The notes: a model not told the origin generated them from the letters alone. 64,000 bases of DNA from the human T2T-CHM13v2.0 reference genome, Homo sapiens (GCF_009914755.1 NC_060937.1), one strand, 5' to 3'; positions 41,166 to 55,579 are shown, numbered from the stretch's first letter. Numbers and translations are program-made.

Positions 41166-42328
41166 GGTGCTAGTTCAAGGCCAATTTTATAGACATAAAA
41201 CCTTGCCTATGTTATTTTATTCCTTTTTATATTTATTCTGTTTCTGCTACTGAGACCTGGGCTCTTTAAGGTGGGGGTGATGGTGGTGGTTGTTTCTTTG
41301 CATTCTCTTCCAGCTTGAAATATATTGCTTAGTCTTCCTCTGTCTCTCTCTCTGAATGGTGTCCTTTAGAGTTGTTCAATAAGTAGCCCATGAAGCCATA
41401 TGCAGTGGCCCTGCTTATCACCTTCATAAACTGCGGAGTTGTGAATACTGGTTTGATTTTCCTTATCTTTTTTATATTGATTACTTGGCAACTATTTTCT
41501 TCTTACTATTTTCTTAATATCTGACCTTCATTCTAAAACATTGCTCAATTGTATGTGTATTCACAATATGTTATTTTAGGATTTTGTATGTATTCTATAT
41601 ATGTAGGCCTGACTTGAGTTTAATTAACTGTGGAATGGTATGGAATCTTCTACTGACGTTTAGTCAATGTAAATTTACTGACAAGATCACTGTAATTAAG
41701 GCTATGCAATTGTAAATCATCGTATGTCTCTGTTTTCGGGCCATGTTGTTATGGTTTCTTTCAGATGTTTGATCACTTAGCTGGAATTAGGGTGTGGGTA
41801 AAATTCTTGTTAAAGACGTGCCAAATGCAAGTTGGGAAATGCTGCAGTAGTCTAAGATTTACTGTCAGATTATTTCAGGGTTTTGACTTGCTTGCTTTTA
41901 AGATTTGTTTGAACATGTACAGTTTAATATTTTAAAAGTTCAGGAATGTGCTGTGGTTTAGTTCATCTATGATGTTTCTCCAGAATTACTCATAACATTA
42001 TGTAAAGAAATTGTGCTATTTGGACAGAGGTTTTGAGAATAAGGGAGTGAACTGGATTTCATTTTGTAAAAGAATCTTCTAATGTGATGGTATTAACCCC
42101 TTTACTAATTTTGGGGGTCTTAGGACATATAGCCTTTTGGATATTGGACTGAGGAAATCCAGTAGTGACACCTTTTTTTTTTTTTTTTTCCTTTCTTTAT
42201 AAGTGTTCAAAGTGACAGCTTTTGTAGAACATTTGTTCTCCTCACCTCGGGAGAGCTTTCATCTATATCAGATGACTTTTTGTGTGATTTCTGTCAAAAG
42301 GGAAGAGTCTTGAAATAACACTTGAGAG

Positions 42329-42605
42329 TTTTGTTTTTTTTGAGGCAGAGTCTCGCTGTGTCACCCAGGCTGGAGTGCAGTCTGGTGGATCACAGCACTG
42401 CAGCCCTAACCTTCTGAGTTCAAGCGGTCTTCCCCCTCAGCCTCCCAAGTAGTTGAGACTACAGGCATGCATCACCACGCTTGGCTGAATTTTTTCTTTT
42501 TTAGAGATAGAGTCTTACTATGTTGCCCAGTCTGTTCTCAAATCATTTTTCTGCCTTGGCCTCCCAAAGTGCTGGGATTACTGACATGAGCCACTGTTCC
42601 TGGCC
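42329..42605 (-). mobile_element. AluJ
   Basis: Diverged Alu, TSD acactt(g/a)ag. Confidence 0.9.
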
Positions 42606-42749
42606 ACACTTAAGGCCCTTTTAAGTATTTGTTTTTAACCTTTAGAGAACAACAGGAGCACCTGCATACCTCATCCCTGCCTACGTTGTTACTGCATTGC
42701 ATACTTTGGCCATGTTTTAAACTATAATGCTTTTGTTTCTCTATCACCA

Positions 42750-43130
42750 CCCCAAATCATGCTATCTCTTGCTTTGTAGCTTTTAAATATATCTTTCCCA
42801 TTTTTTCTTTTCTCCCTCCTTCTTCCAGGACTAATTTCAATTGTGTATTCAGATCTATATTTAGATGTTATTTTCTTCAAAAAACCTTTCCTTCCCTTTT
42901 ACCTCCCCATCTCCATTTCCTGCTCTTTACTTTCAAGTTCTGCGTGTTCTTTTAACTGTGTGCACTTATCCTTGTTATAGCCCTTATTTCATGGTGTGTA
43001 TTTCCCCACTAGATTGTAAACTCAGTGGGAAGCAGGGCTTAGATCTGTCTTGTTTATAATAGTTTATGTCATTGTTCTGGTCCTGTTATAGGTGCAAAAT
43101 AAATACTTATTAAAGAAATAAATGAATGTC
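42750..43130 (+). mobile_element. L2 3' end
   Basis: ccccactagattgtaaactc...aaatgaatg. Confidence 0.7.
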
Positions 43131-44069
43131 TTTTCTGAATGATTCCAAGTGTGTGCATGGCGATACTGGTATATTTTATTATGTTTATAAAGTGATATGT
43201 AGTTTTACAGAATTCTGTGCTATAAAAGTAATAATGTTTTGCACAGCCTATGCACTGTTGATATTCTTGATGTTCATAATTAGGGTATATCCTTTGCTTT
43301 TATAATAGTGCTGATGAATCAGTTTAGATGAGTTCTGGTATTTTTGAATAATTCCTCTTGTAACCAGTGGCTTGCATTTGCAAGATAGTAACCATGGTTA
43401 GGTTATTTGGTCTACCCATGGAAAAGAGAAAAGGAAATTGTTTCCAGATATTGTGGAAATAGGGGAGTCCTTAATGATCATTTTCTTCAATCTTCTCATT
43501 TTACAGAAGACTATCCGAGGGAGGTTCTGTTCAAGGTTATGCAGGAAAGCTTAGAGGACAGATTTTATTACCGTAAACGTAGCAACAGAGTTAAAATACA
43601 TCAAGGATCCTGGGAAATAAAACCTTTATGATAGCTAAGTTTCTTTTATTTATGGCAATGCCAGACATAGAGAGCATGAATGGTATAGCTTAAAAAGTCT
43701 GGTATCATCTAGCTACAATGAACCCAGCCAATTGTGTAGCACTCACACCTCGGTAATCTTTCATTGGGCTGGATTTAGCTTGTAGGTGTTTTCTTTAACC
43801 ATCATATTAAAAAAAATCAAATAGTACATGTCCACTTTTAAAATTCCGAGCACCAAAAGACGAATAATTAAAAACAGCAATCTCCTTTTCACCCTTTATC
43901 TTGTAAGTTTTTCTCCTTGGTGGGGAAGAACCCAAAAAACCTTTTAACTATTTCAGCTGCTTTATTTTACTGTGTATTTTTAACATATGCAGTTTCAGCC
44001 ACTAATTTATTTTTATTAATTTTACTTTGCTTTCTTACATGTCCTTGCTTTCCCTACCCAAATCATGAT

Positions 44070-44225
44070 CTTTGTAGTCCTGCCTCTTGGGTTCAAATCT
44101 TGACTTCTCAAAAACGTTGTGATCTTGGGCCAACTATTCTATGTTGTAGTTTCCTCATCCCTCATCTGTAAAGTAAAGACAGTACAGAATTCTATCTCAG
44201 AATTACTGTGAGCATTAAATGTATG
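44070..44225 (+). mobile_element. MIR
   Basis: gggttcaaatc...gtgatcttgggc...ctcatctgtaaa. Confidence 0.7.
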
Positions 44226-44234
44226 AAAACCATC

Positions 44235-44720
44235 TAATTTTTGGTTAAATCAGTGACAAGTATTTACATTTTATGACTGAAAATACTAACTCATCACTGA
44301 GTTAAGCAGTATATTTTGTATAACTTTAAAAATATTTCATGGAGTTGCTTAATTTTTATTTCTTTAGTTATATATTTATTGTTAATTTTTTGCATATCCT
44401 CTGGTGACTTTCCAAAACTTACTTTTCATGTTAATTTTTGCATGGTCAAAGGCATTGGATTAGTTCCTTTTTTCTTTGAAGACATTCTTCCTAGAGCCTT
44501 CTATTCTCCTATTTCATCAGTACTGTTTGCTCTCTAAGCCTGATGCACAGCTATCATACTGAGACTTTTCCCTGTAGATGTGTTATATTTCCTGTTTGTC
44601 GCACTCTAAGTCTTTTGTTGTTTTGTTTACTCTTTCATTTTGGTGGAAGATGTTTTCCAGTAGGTTCCTAAGAAAGGATACTTGGGAGGTTAAACATTTT
44701 TTAAGACATTGAGTTTGCTG
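44235..44720 (-). mobile_element. HAL1 fragment
   Basis: ttggttaaatcagt...tttacattttatgact; resembles the reverse complement of the 3.9-4.35 kb HAL1. Confidence 0.55.
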
Positions 44721-44729
44721 ACATAAAGC

Positions 44730-47560
44730 TCATTTTAATGTCTGTAATACCTGTAGTGATAATAACCTCTTTTTAATTCCCAATATTGGAGATTTTCTAA
44801 ATTCTTTTTTCCTTAAATAGTCTAGTTGTGATTTTCTGTCAATTTTATTCATCTTTTTAAAGAATCATCTTTTGGCTTTGTTAAATTTCTGTTGTTCTGT
44901 GTTACTGATTTCTGTTTTTACCTTATTTATTTACTGTTTTTCTCTTTCTGTTATGGTTTACTTTTTTGTGTGTCTAATTTCTACTTATTTGATACTTTTC
45001 TAGAAATCTTATTTTCTAATTTGATTTTATTCACTTTAAATTTCTTGAGACTTTTTTATGGGCTAATATATCCAACTTGATAATATACTGTGTGCACTTG
45101 AAAATAATGTATATTCTTCAGTTGTTGCATATAGTGTTCTAAAAATGTCAGATCAGGTTCATAATATTGTTCTGATCTTCTGTGTCTGTATTGATTTTGT
45201 TTTTGTGTTCTACTAATTGCTGAAGAAGAGTTATTAAAATCTGCAATGATTTAATGATCCTTTAATGATCTGTTTCTTGTTTTCTAAATTCTGCTCTCTT
45301 ATGAAATGTCCCACTTTATCTCTGATAGTGATCTTTGTCTTCAAGTCTATTTTACATGATATTAATAAAGCCTTCTTATTTTATATTTAGGTTGGTGCAA
45401 AAATAATTGCAGTTTTTGCCATTACTTTAAAATACTTTCAGATGGCAAAAACCACAATTACTTTTGCAACAACCTAAATATTTTTGTGTGGTGTATCTTT
45501 TTCTGTTTACTTTCAACCTATCTAGGTCCTTTAAATGTGTCTTTTGTTGGTACCTTATAGTTAGGTCTTACTTTTAACAGCCTCTGCCTTCTCATTGGAG
45601 TGTTTGCATTTAATGTAATTGTTGATATGGTTGGTTTACGTCTACTGTTATATTGTTTTTTATTTGTCTTTTCTGCTTTTTGTTCTTTTTACCCTTTTCT
45701 ATCTTCTTTTGGATCATTTGATTTATGAAAAAAGTTTTAGTGTCCCTTTCAATATTTCTGTTGCCTTTTAGCTTTCCATGTTTGCTCTTAGATTACAAGA
45801 AAGTGTGAAGGTTAGGCATGTATATTTAACATTAATATTGTATCACTTCATAAAAAATGTAGAACTTCCTAACCACAAAGGTCCATTTACTCTCCAGCCC
45901 CTTCTAATTTCAGTGTGATAGTTGTCATATGTATTATGTTGGGAATCCCACCAGATAATGTTATAATTTTTGTCTTAAATCATAACATTTTAAAAAACAT
46001 AAGAGAAAAAATTAATCTTTTATATTTCCTTAGATATTTACCATTCTCTGTATCCTGTATTCATTCTTGAAGACACGTTTCCCTGTATTATTAATTTCTT
46101 TTTAATGTGAAGAACTTCCTTAAGAACTGCATTTCTTAAAGTGCAGATCAGCTGCTAGTCAATTCTCTGAAGTTTCCTTAATCTGAAAATGTCTTTATTT
46201 TGCCTCAATTCCTTAAGTGTCTAGATATATATCTTAGGGTATAGAACTCTTGGCTGAGTATTTGTCTGTTAGGTCTATAAAGACATTCTTTCATTTCCTC
46301 CTGACCACCATGGTTTCTGATGAGAAAGCTGTAATTATTTGCATCACAGTTTCTCTATATATATTGGTTTTCACAGGCTGCATCTAGTAACTTCTGTTTA
46401 TCTTTGATTTTTTGAAGTTGTGTAATGATAAGTCTAGGTGTAATTTTCTTTAAATTTGTTCCGTTTGGGCTTACTAAAGTTGAATTTGTAAATTGACTTC
46501 TTTTACTAATGTGAGGAATTATGGCCATTATTTCTTCAAATGTTTTTCCTGCCCTAATCTCTCTCATGTCCTTTGAGCTCCAAATTCCACATAAAAAAAA
46601 CTTTTAAAGGGTTTAAACTCACTGTGGCTCTGTTGTATTACAATTTTATTTGATCTTTTTTCTTTTCTGCTTTTTATAATGGGTAAATTGTATAATTTTA
46701 CCATTTCTTTCCTCTTAATTGTGCCATTGATCCCATTAGTGAATTTTTATTTCATATTTATTATTTTTCCATATTAAAACATTTATTTCGTTTATTTTTT
46801 ACATTTTCTATTTATCTGCTGAGATTCCCTGTCTTTTAATTGATTTTAAGGTAATTTCGCTTTGTTTCCTGAAACGTAGTTGTAATAGTTGCTTTATAAT
46901 CCTTATATGTTAACTATAACCTGAATCATCTTGTGATTGGCATCTACTGATTGCCTTTCCCCCAGAGAATGATTTATATTTTGAGTATTCTAGTAATTTT
47001 TGATTTTATTCTGGATCTTCTGAATATTTTGCTGTGGTCCTTTGGAGAATGTTGGTTGTTTTGTTTTAGCAGGCAATCAACTCCCATAGATTCAGATTGT
47101 AAGCTGGGTCTCTTATGCTGTGTGCAGTGATTCAAATCTTGGCTCAGGTCCTTAGGCCTTTACTGGTATCGGTTTTGGATCAGTCCTACATGTGCATGGC
47201 TTAAGGGTTAATGGTTTCCCCTTACTTTCTAGTTTGCATGGGCTCCATTCCATGCTTCCTCTGGCTAGAATAGGGTTTCTAGTGGAGTTTTAGCATCCTA
47301 TGCCTCTGTTCCTCTCCATTACTGTGGCTTTACCTTAGAATAAAGCTGCAAAAAGAAAAGGAAACTTACCTGGTGCAGGTTACTTTTACAAGTTTCAGCT
47401 TCCCGCTACATCCCTGCCTGTCTTTTTTAATATTCAGAATGCCCAGGTAGTTGTGTTTTTTTATTTTTTTAAATTCTTTTTGTATTTTTGTCCTAAGTTC
47501 ATAGTTGCTCTCCGTTGGGAAGGTTGGACTGTAGGGGGTTACTGCCATGCTGAAACTAGA
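44730..47560 (-). mobile_element. Old L1M (ORF2 start/ORF1/5' region)
   Basis: T-rich; ORF 46355-46567 has L1 ORF1-like KKITPRLIITQLQKIKDKQKLL. Confidence 0.75.
45387..45477. mobile_element. MADE1 mariner MITE (complete)
   Basis: ttaggttggtgcaaaaataattgcagtttttgccat ... atggcaaaaaccacaattacttttgcaacaacctaa palindrome. Confidence 0.95.
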
Positions 47561-47712
47561 GCCAACTGTAGATTTCTGAGTTTTTTTTTTTTTTTTTTTC
47601 TATTCCTTGCATTAACTCTCTCCCTAGTATTTTTGTTTTGTTTTTCTTTCATGTTGGAAGTTTTCTTTAAATTTGGGTGTTCCTTCCATGCCCATTTAAA
47701 TCCTTTATCTGT

Positions 47713-47713
<1 letters not shown>

Positions 47714-47754
<41 letters not shown>

Positions 47755-47755
47755 T
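47714..47755. repeat. (TG)n microsatellite
   Basis: Direct reading. Confidence 0.95.
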
Positions 47756-48299
47756 ACTTGTTGATCTTGGTTTCAAAGTTTTATCATGTCTTGGTGAACC
47801 AGCCTTTTCTGTGGGGGCCTTCCAAATGTCAATGTCTGCAATTTAGTTAGGAAGCTATGGCAGTAGTTTAGGTAAAGGATAATAGTGGCTTGGATTAGGG
47901 TAGTGGCACTGAAGAGAAGTGGGTGGATGGATTCAAAGATGTGTGTGTATGCGTGTGTTTGAGTGTGTGCATTCAAATCAGCATTACAAATACTCATAAA
48001 GGTGAATTTGTGCTGAGAGGGAGGGGCAGGGTAGATTACTACCTGTGAATTTTTATTGGAGGCATCTTAAAATAGAAAGAGCTTGAATTTAGAGACAGTA
48101 AAACCTAGGTGTGAATCTTTTTGTCTTGTTCATTTTAGTTCCCATTGCAGACAAATGAAGTAATGAAATTCAAGTTTTTACATTTTTACTAGGAAATGCT
48201 AGTCATGTTGTTTTCTTTAAAAACCTCAGTATGGCAGTGTTTTTAAATTTTCTAGTGGATATGGCATTATAATGATCATTATAACTTGAAAATGGTATT

Positions 48300-51200
48300 A
48301 TTTATACAAAAATAAAGAAATATGAACTTTTCAAAACAGAAAGCACCAGTCCTGAATGGGTTCATTGGAGAATTCTTCTGTCCTAGTCTGATTTTGTGCT
48401 GCCATAACAATACCACAGATTGTGTAGTTTATAAGAAAATAAATTGATTTCTCATAGTTCTGGATGCTGGGAAGTTCATTATTAAAGGTGCTGCCATCTG
48501 TTGAGGGCCTTCATGCCATGTCATCCTATGTCAAAAAGTAGAAAGGGAAGAGATTATGAGAGAGAAAGAAGAAGGGAGCTGAACTCACCTTTTATCAAGA
48601 ACCTACTCCTGCCCTGATTACATTAATCCATTTATGAGGACAGAGCCATCATGACCAAATCAGCTCTTGGAGATTACACCTCTCAACATTGTTGCACTGG
48701 AGATTAAGTTTCCATCACGGGAGTTTTGGAGGACATTCTCAAACCATAGCATCTAACAATAATTTAAGGAAAAAATTATTTCAATTCGCTACAGTCTTTT
48801 CCAGAAAATTGAAGGCTAACTCATTCTCTGAGGCCAGCATTACCCTAATATCAAAGCCAGACAAGACATTGTAAGAAATCTACAGACCAATAGTTCTTAT
48901 AAATACAGATGTAAAAGTCCTCAACAAAATAACAAGTAAAATCCAACAATGTGTAAAATTAATTATATGCCATGACCAAATGGGATTTATTCCAACTATG
49001 CAAGGCTGATTCAAGATTCAAAAATTAATTAATGTAATCCATTACATCAGTGGCTAAAGAAGAAAAATCACATGACGTATAACAGGTTCAGAAAAAGCAT
49101 TAAAGTCCAACACCCATTCATGATAAAAATGCTGAGCAATCTAGTGATAGAGAAGAACATCTACTAAAAGCCTATATCAAACGTCATACTTTGTACTTAG
49201 TAATGAGAAACTGAAAGTTTTCCTGATTAGAACAAGAACCAGGCAAGGATGTCCTCTTGACTGCTTTTCAACATCATACTAGAAGTTCTAGCTCATGCAA
49301 TATGACAAGGAAGGAAATAAAAGTTATAGATTGGGAAGGAAGAAATAGAATTGTCTTTGTTTACACAGGAGTTGATTATTTAGAAAATCTGAAAGAATTG
49401 ACAAACCAAAATAAAACAGAACCCTCCTGGAACTAATAAGTGATTATAGCAAGATTGCAGGATAAATGGTTAATATACAAAAGACTGTTTTCCTAAATGC
49501 TAGCAATGAACAAGTGGAATGTGAAATTAAAAACATAATACTGTTAGCATCCCCCCAAAAGAAATACTTAAGTATAAATCTAACAAACTGTGGACAAGAT
49601 CTATATGAGGAAAACTACAAAACTTTGAAAAAAAATCAACTAAATAAATGGAAAGATATTCCATGTTCATGGATAGATAGACTCAATATTGTCAAGATGC
49701 CAGTTCTTCACAACCTGACTTGGAGATGCAGTGAAATCCAAATTAAAATCCAAGCAAGCTATTTTGTGAATATTGACGCACAAATTCTATAATTTATATG
49801 GAGAGGCAACAGATTCAGTGTAGCCAACTCAATATTAAAGGAGAAGAACAGAGTTGGAGGGCTGACACTACCCAACTTCAAGAGTTAACTATAGATATAT
49901 GGTAATCAAGACAATGTGGTGTTTGTGAAAAAACAGACAAATAGATTAGTGGAAGAGAATAGAGAACTCAGAAATAGGCCCACAAAATTAAAGTAAACTG
50001 GTTTTAACAAAGGAGTAAAGGCAACACAGTAAAGCAAAGATAGTCTTTTCAACAAATGGTGCTGGAACAGCTAGATCCCCATGCAAAAAAAAAAAAAAAA
50101 ATGAACTTAAGCACAGACTTGTACACCCTCTACACAAATTAACTCAAAATGGATTACAGATCTAAATGTAAAAGGCAAAACTATAAAACTCCTAAAAGAT
50201 AACATAAGAGAAAAGCTAGATGACCTTGGATGTGGTGATGACTTTTTAGAAAAAAAGAGGTGATAAGCTAGATTTCATTACAATTAAAAATTTCTGCTCT
50301 GTGAAAGATACTGCCAAGAAAATAAAAAGTCACAGCCTGGGAGAAAATCTTTGCAAAAGACGTCTGATAAAGGACTGCTATCCAAAATATACAAAGAATT
50401 CTCAAACTACAACCCTATTAAACAGGACAAAAACCTTAAGAGACACCTCACCACCGAAGATATACAGATGGCAAGTAAGCAAATGAAAAGATACTCTGCA
50501 TCATTTTGAAATGATGGTTAAAACAACTAGTTACCACTACATACCTGTTACGATGGCCCAAATCCAGAACGCTGACAACAACAGATTCTTCTGAGGATGT
50601 GGAACAAGAACTCTCATTCATTGTTGGTGGGAGTCAGACTGATATAGCCACATGGGAAGATAGTTTGACAGTTTCTTATAAAGCTAAACATACTCTTACC
50701 ATACTATCCAGTAGTCCAGTAGTCATGCTTCTCGATATTTACCCGAAGGAGTTGTAAGCTTACGGTCCATTCAAAAACATGCACATGTATGTTTATAGTA
50801 GCTTTATTCATATTTGCCAAAACTTTGAAGCAACTAAGATGGCCGTGAATAGGTGAATGGATAAACCGTGAGACATACAGAGAACAGATTATTATTCAGA
50901 ACCAGAATGAAATGAGCTATCCAACTACAAAAAGACAGGGAGGAAATGTAAATGCATATTACTAAGTGAAAGAAGCCAGTCTGAAAAGGCTGTATACTAT
51001 GTGATTTAAACTGTATGACATTCTGGAAAAACAAAACTAAGGAGACAGTAAAACGATCAGTGGTTGCCAGGTGTTAGTGTGGAGGGAGGGATGAATAGGT
51101 GGAGCACAGAGGATTTTTAGGACAGTGAAAGTACTCTGTATGATACTGTAATGGTGGATTCCTTATACTTTTGTCAAAACCCATGGAAACAGCGCCAAGA

Positions 51201-51410
51201 GTGACTCTAATGTAAACTATAGACTTTGGGTAACAATGATGTGTTATTGTAGGTTCATCAGTTATAATAAATGTATCACCGATGGGGGATGTTGTTAATG
51301 GGGGAGGCTTTGCCTGTGTTGGGGAAGGGGGTGTATGGGAAAGCTCTGTACCTTATGCGGACTTTTCCTGTGGATCTAAATCTCTAAGAAGTGAAGTCTG
51401 TTAAAAACGT
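48300..51410 (+). mobile_element. L1MC1/2-like ORF2 + 3'UTR (~3 kb, sense to NDFIP2)
   Basis: ORF2 remnants (SFSEASITLISKPDK; KWKDIPCSWIDRLNIVKM) and an L1MC 3' end similar to 30458-30765. Confidence 0.9.
48379..48751 (-). mobile_element. MST (MSTC/D-like) MaLR LTR nested in L1
   Basis: tgtcctagtc...tcaaaccatagca termini. Confidence 0.85.
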
Positions 51411-51929
51411 GATTTGGTGAATCAGTATAGGGGGATACATGATTGCTAACTTTGAGAGAGGGAAACAGAAAGAGTGAGTGATAGTGTGTATATATGTGTT
51501 CGTCTTCGATATTCTGAAGTTATTCAAATTATGTGTTTAGATTTAGCGGCCAACTTTAGAGTTTTTGCTTTGGCATATAACACTTTGATGGATCAACCCC
51601 TTGACTATCATCTGTAGTGGTGTCTTGGCATTTGCTATGCTTCCTGGATGAATCACTAACAACAGTATGTCTAAGTAATTGATGTTACTGTATTTAGTTT
51701 TGCTTGAGTATTCTGTTGTTAGCTTCTCTGAGTTTGTTGAGGGAAGAATGAAACTTTCCATGAAGGAAGTTGGTGTTTCAGGCCTGGTCGTTACTGGTTT
51801 CAGCTCTTTGGTTTGCCTATGATAGACTGTGTTGACTTTTCCTTTATTCCTCTTGCTGAAGTCATACTTACTATGGCCTTGCCTCAGAATTTCTAGTTGT
51901 TAGAAGCTAGAAGTTTTAGTGATTAATGA

Positions 51930-53560
51930 GATGGGATTTGCACCTATTTCCCGCACCCAGTATTGTACCTGGAACATATTAGGCTTTTAGTAAATGTTAG
52001 CTGAATGATGGATGACTAATTGACTGAATGAAAATGCATGAATCGCAAAAAGAAAAAGAGGCGTAAAGAGATTAATAACACCAAGGTTATCCAGCTCATA
52101 GGTGGTGGATCTATATCTTAAATTTAGATTTCCTGACATCAAATCATGTTCTTTTTTTAGTTTATTCATTTAGCATCTAGCTTTTCTTCTAAAAATATGT
52201 GAAATTAAATAAGACAGTACATCATGCTAATTTTTAAAAAGGACAAAAGAATTCTTCTAACAGTAACTCTAACAATATTACATGGGGTTAATTGCTTTAA
52301 TGCCCTTGCAAATGAAACTTAAACCAAACCAGTTACACACCGTCCAGCTTCAGTCCAGTCCCTGGGTCAGAGACAGTATCCGTAGCTCTGGATTTAGTTT
52401 TAGATAAGACTCTTTAAAGTTGGCTGAGGAGAATAAAGCCCCTTACAAAAGAAACAGAATGAATGGTTGAAGATAGAGGGAAAATCAGGAGGGAATAGTT
52501 ATCAGGAAGCTAAAGAAAAACTAATTAGAAGTACAGTTAAGTGTGTTGGATATATTAAATATTTAAATAGTATGAGGACTGAAAATAGGCTTTTGGATTT
52601 AATAATTAGAAGGTCATTGTTTTCAGCGAGACGTTTGGGTGAAAGCCACATGGTAATGAATTGGTGAGGAAATAAAAGTACAGAAAATGGGAGTATATAC
52701 ATACATATATATTTCTTTTCAGGATGTTTATCACTAAAGGAAAGAAGGGAGCTATGGAAATAGTTCAAAAAGCAGAAGAAAAAGTATTTATTTTTAGCTG
52801 GGGGGAGGTTTTTTTTTTTCTCTTTGAAGTATGGTGTGAATAGAATATACACGTGGGTAGGGAGAAAGAAGTCAGTGTTGAAAAGGAAGGAGAGAGAATT
52901 TAAAGAAAAAACAATCCTTTGGGAGGCAAGATCTTCTCTGTACAGTTGTCTGGCATTTGGGAGTGAAGAACATAAGTTAGGATGGATGCCATAATGCTAA
53001 GTTTAGAGCTGCAGAGGAGAGAAGTTGAAGGAATTTTTGCTTGAAAGCTTATTTTCCTCCATGAAGTAGGAAGCAAAGATTTTGACTGAGAGTCTCATGG
53101 TTAGAAGTGGAGACTGGTGGAATTGGAACACCTGCCATGGTGTCAGTGAACTCTTATGGCCTTGTTGGAACTGGAAACTAAATTTGCTGTGGCAGCCACC
53201 TACATAGTCACGTGATTTGTTGTCTTCCCTCCACCAGAAGGCAGTAGACAGACTTATCCCAAATTGAGTCTTAATGGGATAGATGTGGCCAAGGATAAGC
53301 GGACTAGAGAATTGAGGGTGCAGTTGAAGGTCATACAAGTTTTGCATTTTATAGTCCAGACTACATAGGATAGAAGGTAAAATCAGGTAGCAGGGAATAG
53401 AGGGCCCAGAGAATAGGCTCAGTGGAAGTAAGGAATGAAAAATGTTGAGGCCAGAAGGTTGGGATAAGGAACCAAGTTGTATGAATGTAATGTTTTTGGG
53501 AAGAAGCAGTTCTAGATGATGACCAGATCAGGGATTCTGTCAGAGGGTAGAGAACTGAGG
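51930..53560. mobile_element. Degenerate L2 and MIR fragments
   Basis: L2 tail ~51930-52035, MIR ~52060-52150, purine-rich antisense L2 ~52450-53560. Confidence 0.5.
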
Positions 53561-54119
53561 TTTACTGGACCACTCAACTGTAGATATCCATCATTACTTT
53601 TTGTTTTGTGGCTGAGGTGTTAGGATGGTTTAGTTGTCTTGTATTACAGTAGGATTTAAGGTTGAGGGGATGATATTGTGGGTGGAGAGCTGGCTTATAA
53701 ATCTTACTCACTGGGAATAATTTGGACTCCTGTCAATGCCACTGATAAGAATAGGGTGATAGAGAGTCTGGCAGGCTGTATGGACAGTGTGAATTTCAAA
53801 AGAGCCTCTTGATTTGGAATTGAAAATATCCAAGAAAATTTTCCTTGTCTTCTTGTTCCCAGATAAGAGGGAGAGATGTGAGGATTAGCACCCTTATTTG
53901 AGAGGGCTTTGAGGGATGTAGTGCCATTCATGGAAAGTTGGAGTTCAGTTAAATGTGGAGAGATCATTTTATAAAATGGCTGAAGGTATAGAGGAGTTAA
54001 TCATCATATAGGGGTTCTAGAGATAGAGGGAAAATTTTTAGATACTGAATTGTAAAGTTTTAAATTAATGTATTTGTTTTTATACAATATATTCTACTTT
54101 CTTACTATATAGCATTTTG

Positions 54120-54950
54120 CTTTTTAAACTTTATTGAAAAATAATTTTAGACACAGAAAAATGGCAAAAATAATACAAAGAATTCCTGTGTATATTTTAC
54201 CCAGTTTCCCCAAATAATATTTTATCACATTTGTTTTCTGATGAGTTCTTTACCTGTATTTGTATATAAGTACATTTTTTCTTGAAACATTTTAAAGTAA
54301 ATGACAGAAATGATGTTTCTTTATATCTAAATGTTTCAGTGTGTATTTCCCAAAAACAAAGATGTTGTCTTATATAGAGTGCAGTTATCAAAATCTGTAG
54401 CATTGGTGCAATATTAAACATATTTCACCAGTTTTCCTACTAATGTCACATAGCAAAAGAAAAAACATTTTTATAAAAAATTGAGATCTGATCTGTGATT
54501 AAACATTACACTCAGTTATCAAGTCTCTTTACCTGGAACAGTTCTCTAAATTTTTTTTTTTTGTCTTTCATTACATTAATGTTTTAGAAAGGTTCAGGTC
54601 AGTTATTTTGTAGCTCTGTTTTATTATACTTTCACTCACTGGTTTTAAAATTCATTGGTGGTTCTTGCCTTAAATAGTTATAACTTTAGTGGTTGTCAAA
54701 TGGTGATTTCCTAATTCCATTTTTTTCTATGTTTATTAATTAGAATTCTGTAAGGAAGAGTTTTCTCTTGCTCCCCATCTATTCATTTATATCAGTATGA
54801 ATTCATGGATTCATGTTTTATTCTATGAGTTATAATCTGATACTGTCATAATTTATTTTGAGGCTCAGATTATCCCAGATTTGGCCAGCAGGAGCCTGTT
54901 CCATCTGCTCTTGCATCCTTGTAACATGTTCTTGGCATTTTTGTACTTTC
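54120..54950 (-). mobile_element. L1MC4/5-like 3' end
   Basis: ttacccagtttcccc...cagattatcccagatttggccag. Confidence 0.75.
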
Positions 54951-55264
54951 TTGCCATAGAGCATTCAGATAATGTGAATATGTCTGACTTCTAGAATTTA
55001 ATTTGGGTTGAAGAAGCACTGTTTACACTTACACATGGGGCATCAGTGGGAGAAAACTGACCAACACAACAGTTACTGCCATAATGGCTTACTGCTACTG
55101 TGCTGGGTGCCTAATGAACATTTTCTCACAGAATTGCTTGTGGAAAGGTTGCTAGAGTCCTTTATTAGCCGGATTGTTGAATAAAGCAGTTGGAACTTTG
55201 GTGGCATGTTGCTCACAATGTGGGTGTGTTATCCTTACTGTGGGAGTTCTAAAGAATAAGTAGT

Positions 55265-55579
55265 TGCCGGCGCAGCAGCTCATGGTTGTAATCCCAGCGC
55301 CTTGGGAGGCCAACACAGGGGTATTGCTTGAGCCCAGGAGTTCAAGGCCAGCCTGGGTAACATAGCAAGACTTCAGCTCTACAAAAAAAATGTAATAAAT
55401 TGACCAGATATGATGGTGCCTGCTTGTCCCAGATACTTGGGAGGCTGAGGCGGGAGGATTGCTTGAGCCCAGAAGTTAGAGGCTGTAGTGAGCTAGATTG
55501 TGCAACTGCACTCCAGCCTGGGCAACAGAGAAAGACCTTGCCTTAAAAAAAAAAAAAACCCAAAAACCAAAAAGCTCCC
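55265..55579 (+). mobile_element. AluJ
   Basis: TSD aaagaata(a/g)gtagt at 55251 and 55580. Confidence 0.95.

Noticed and set aside
48689-50486. Reverse-transcriptase-like ORF fragments
   Set aside because: Decayed L1MC ORF2, not a novel RT system.
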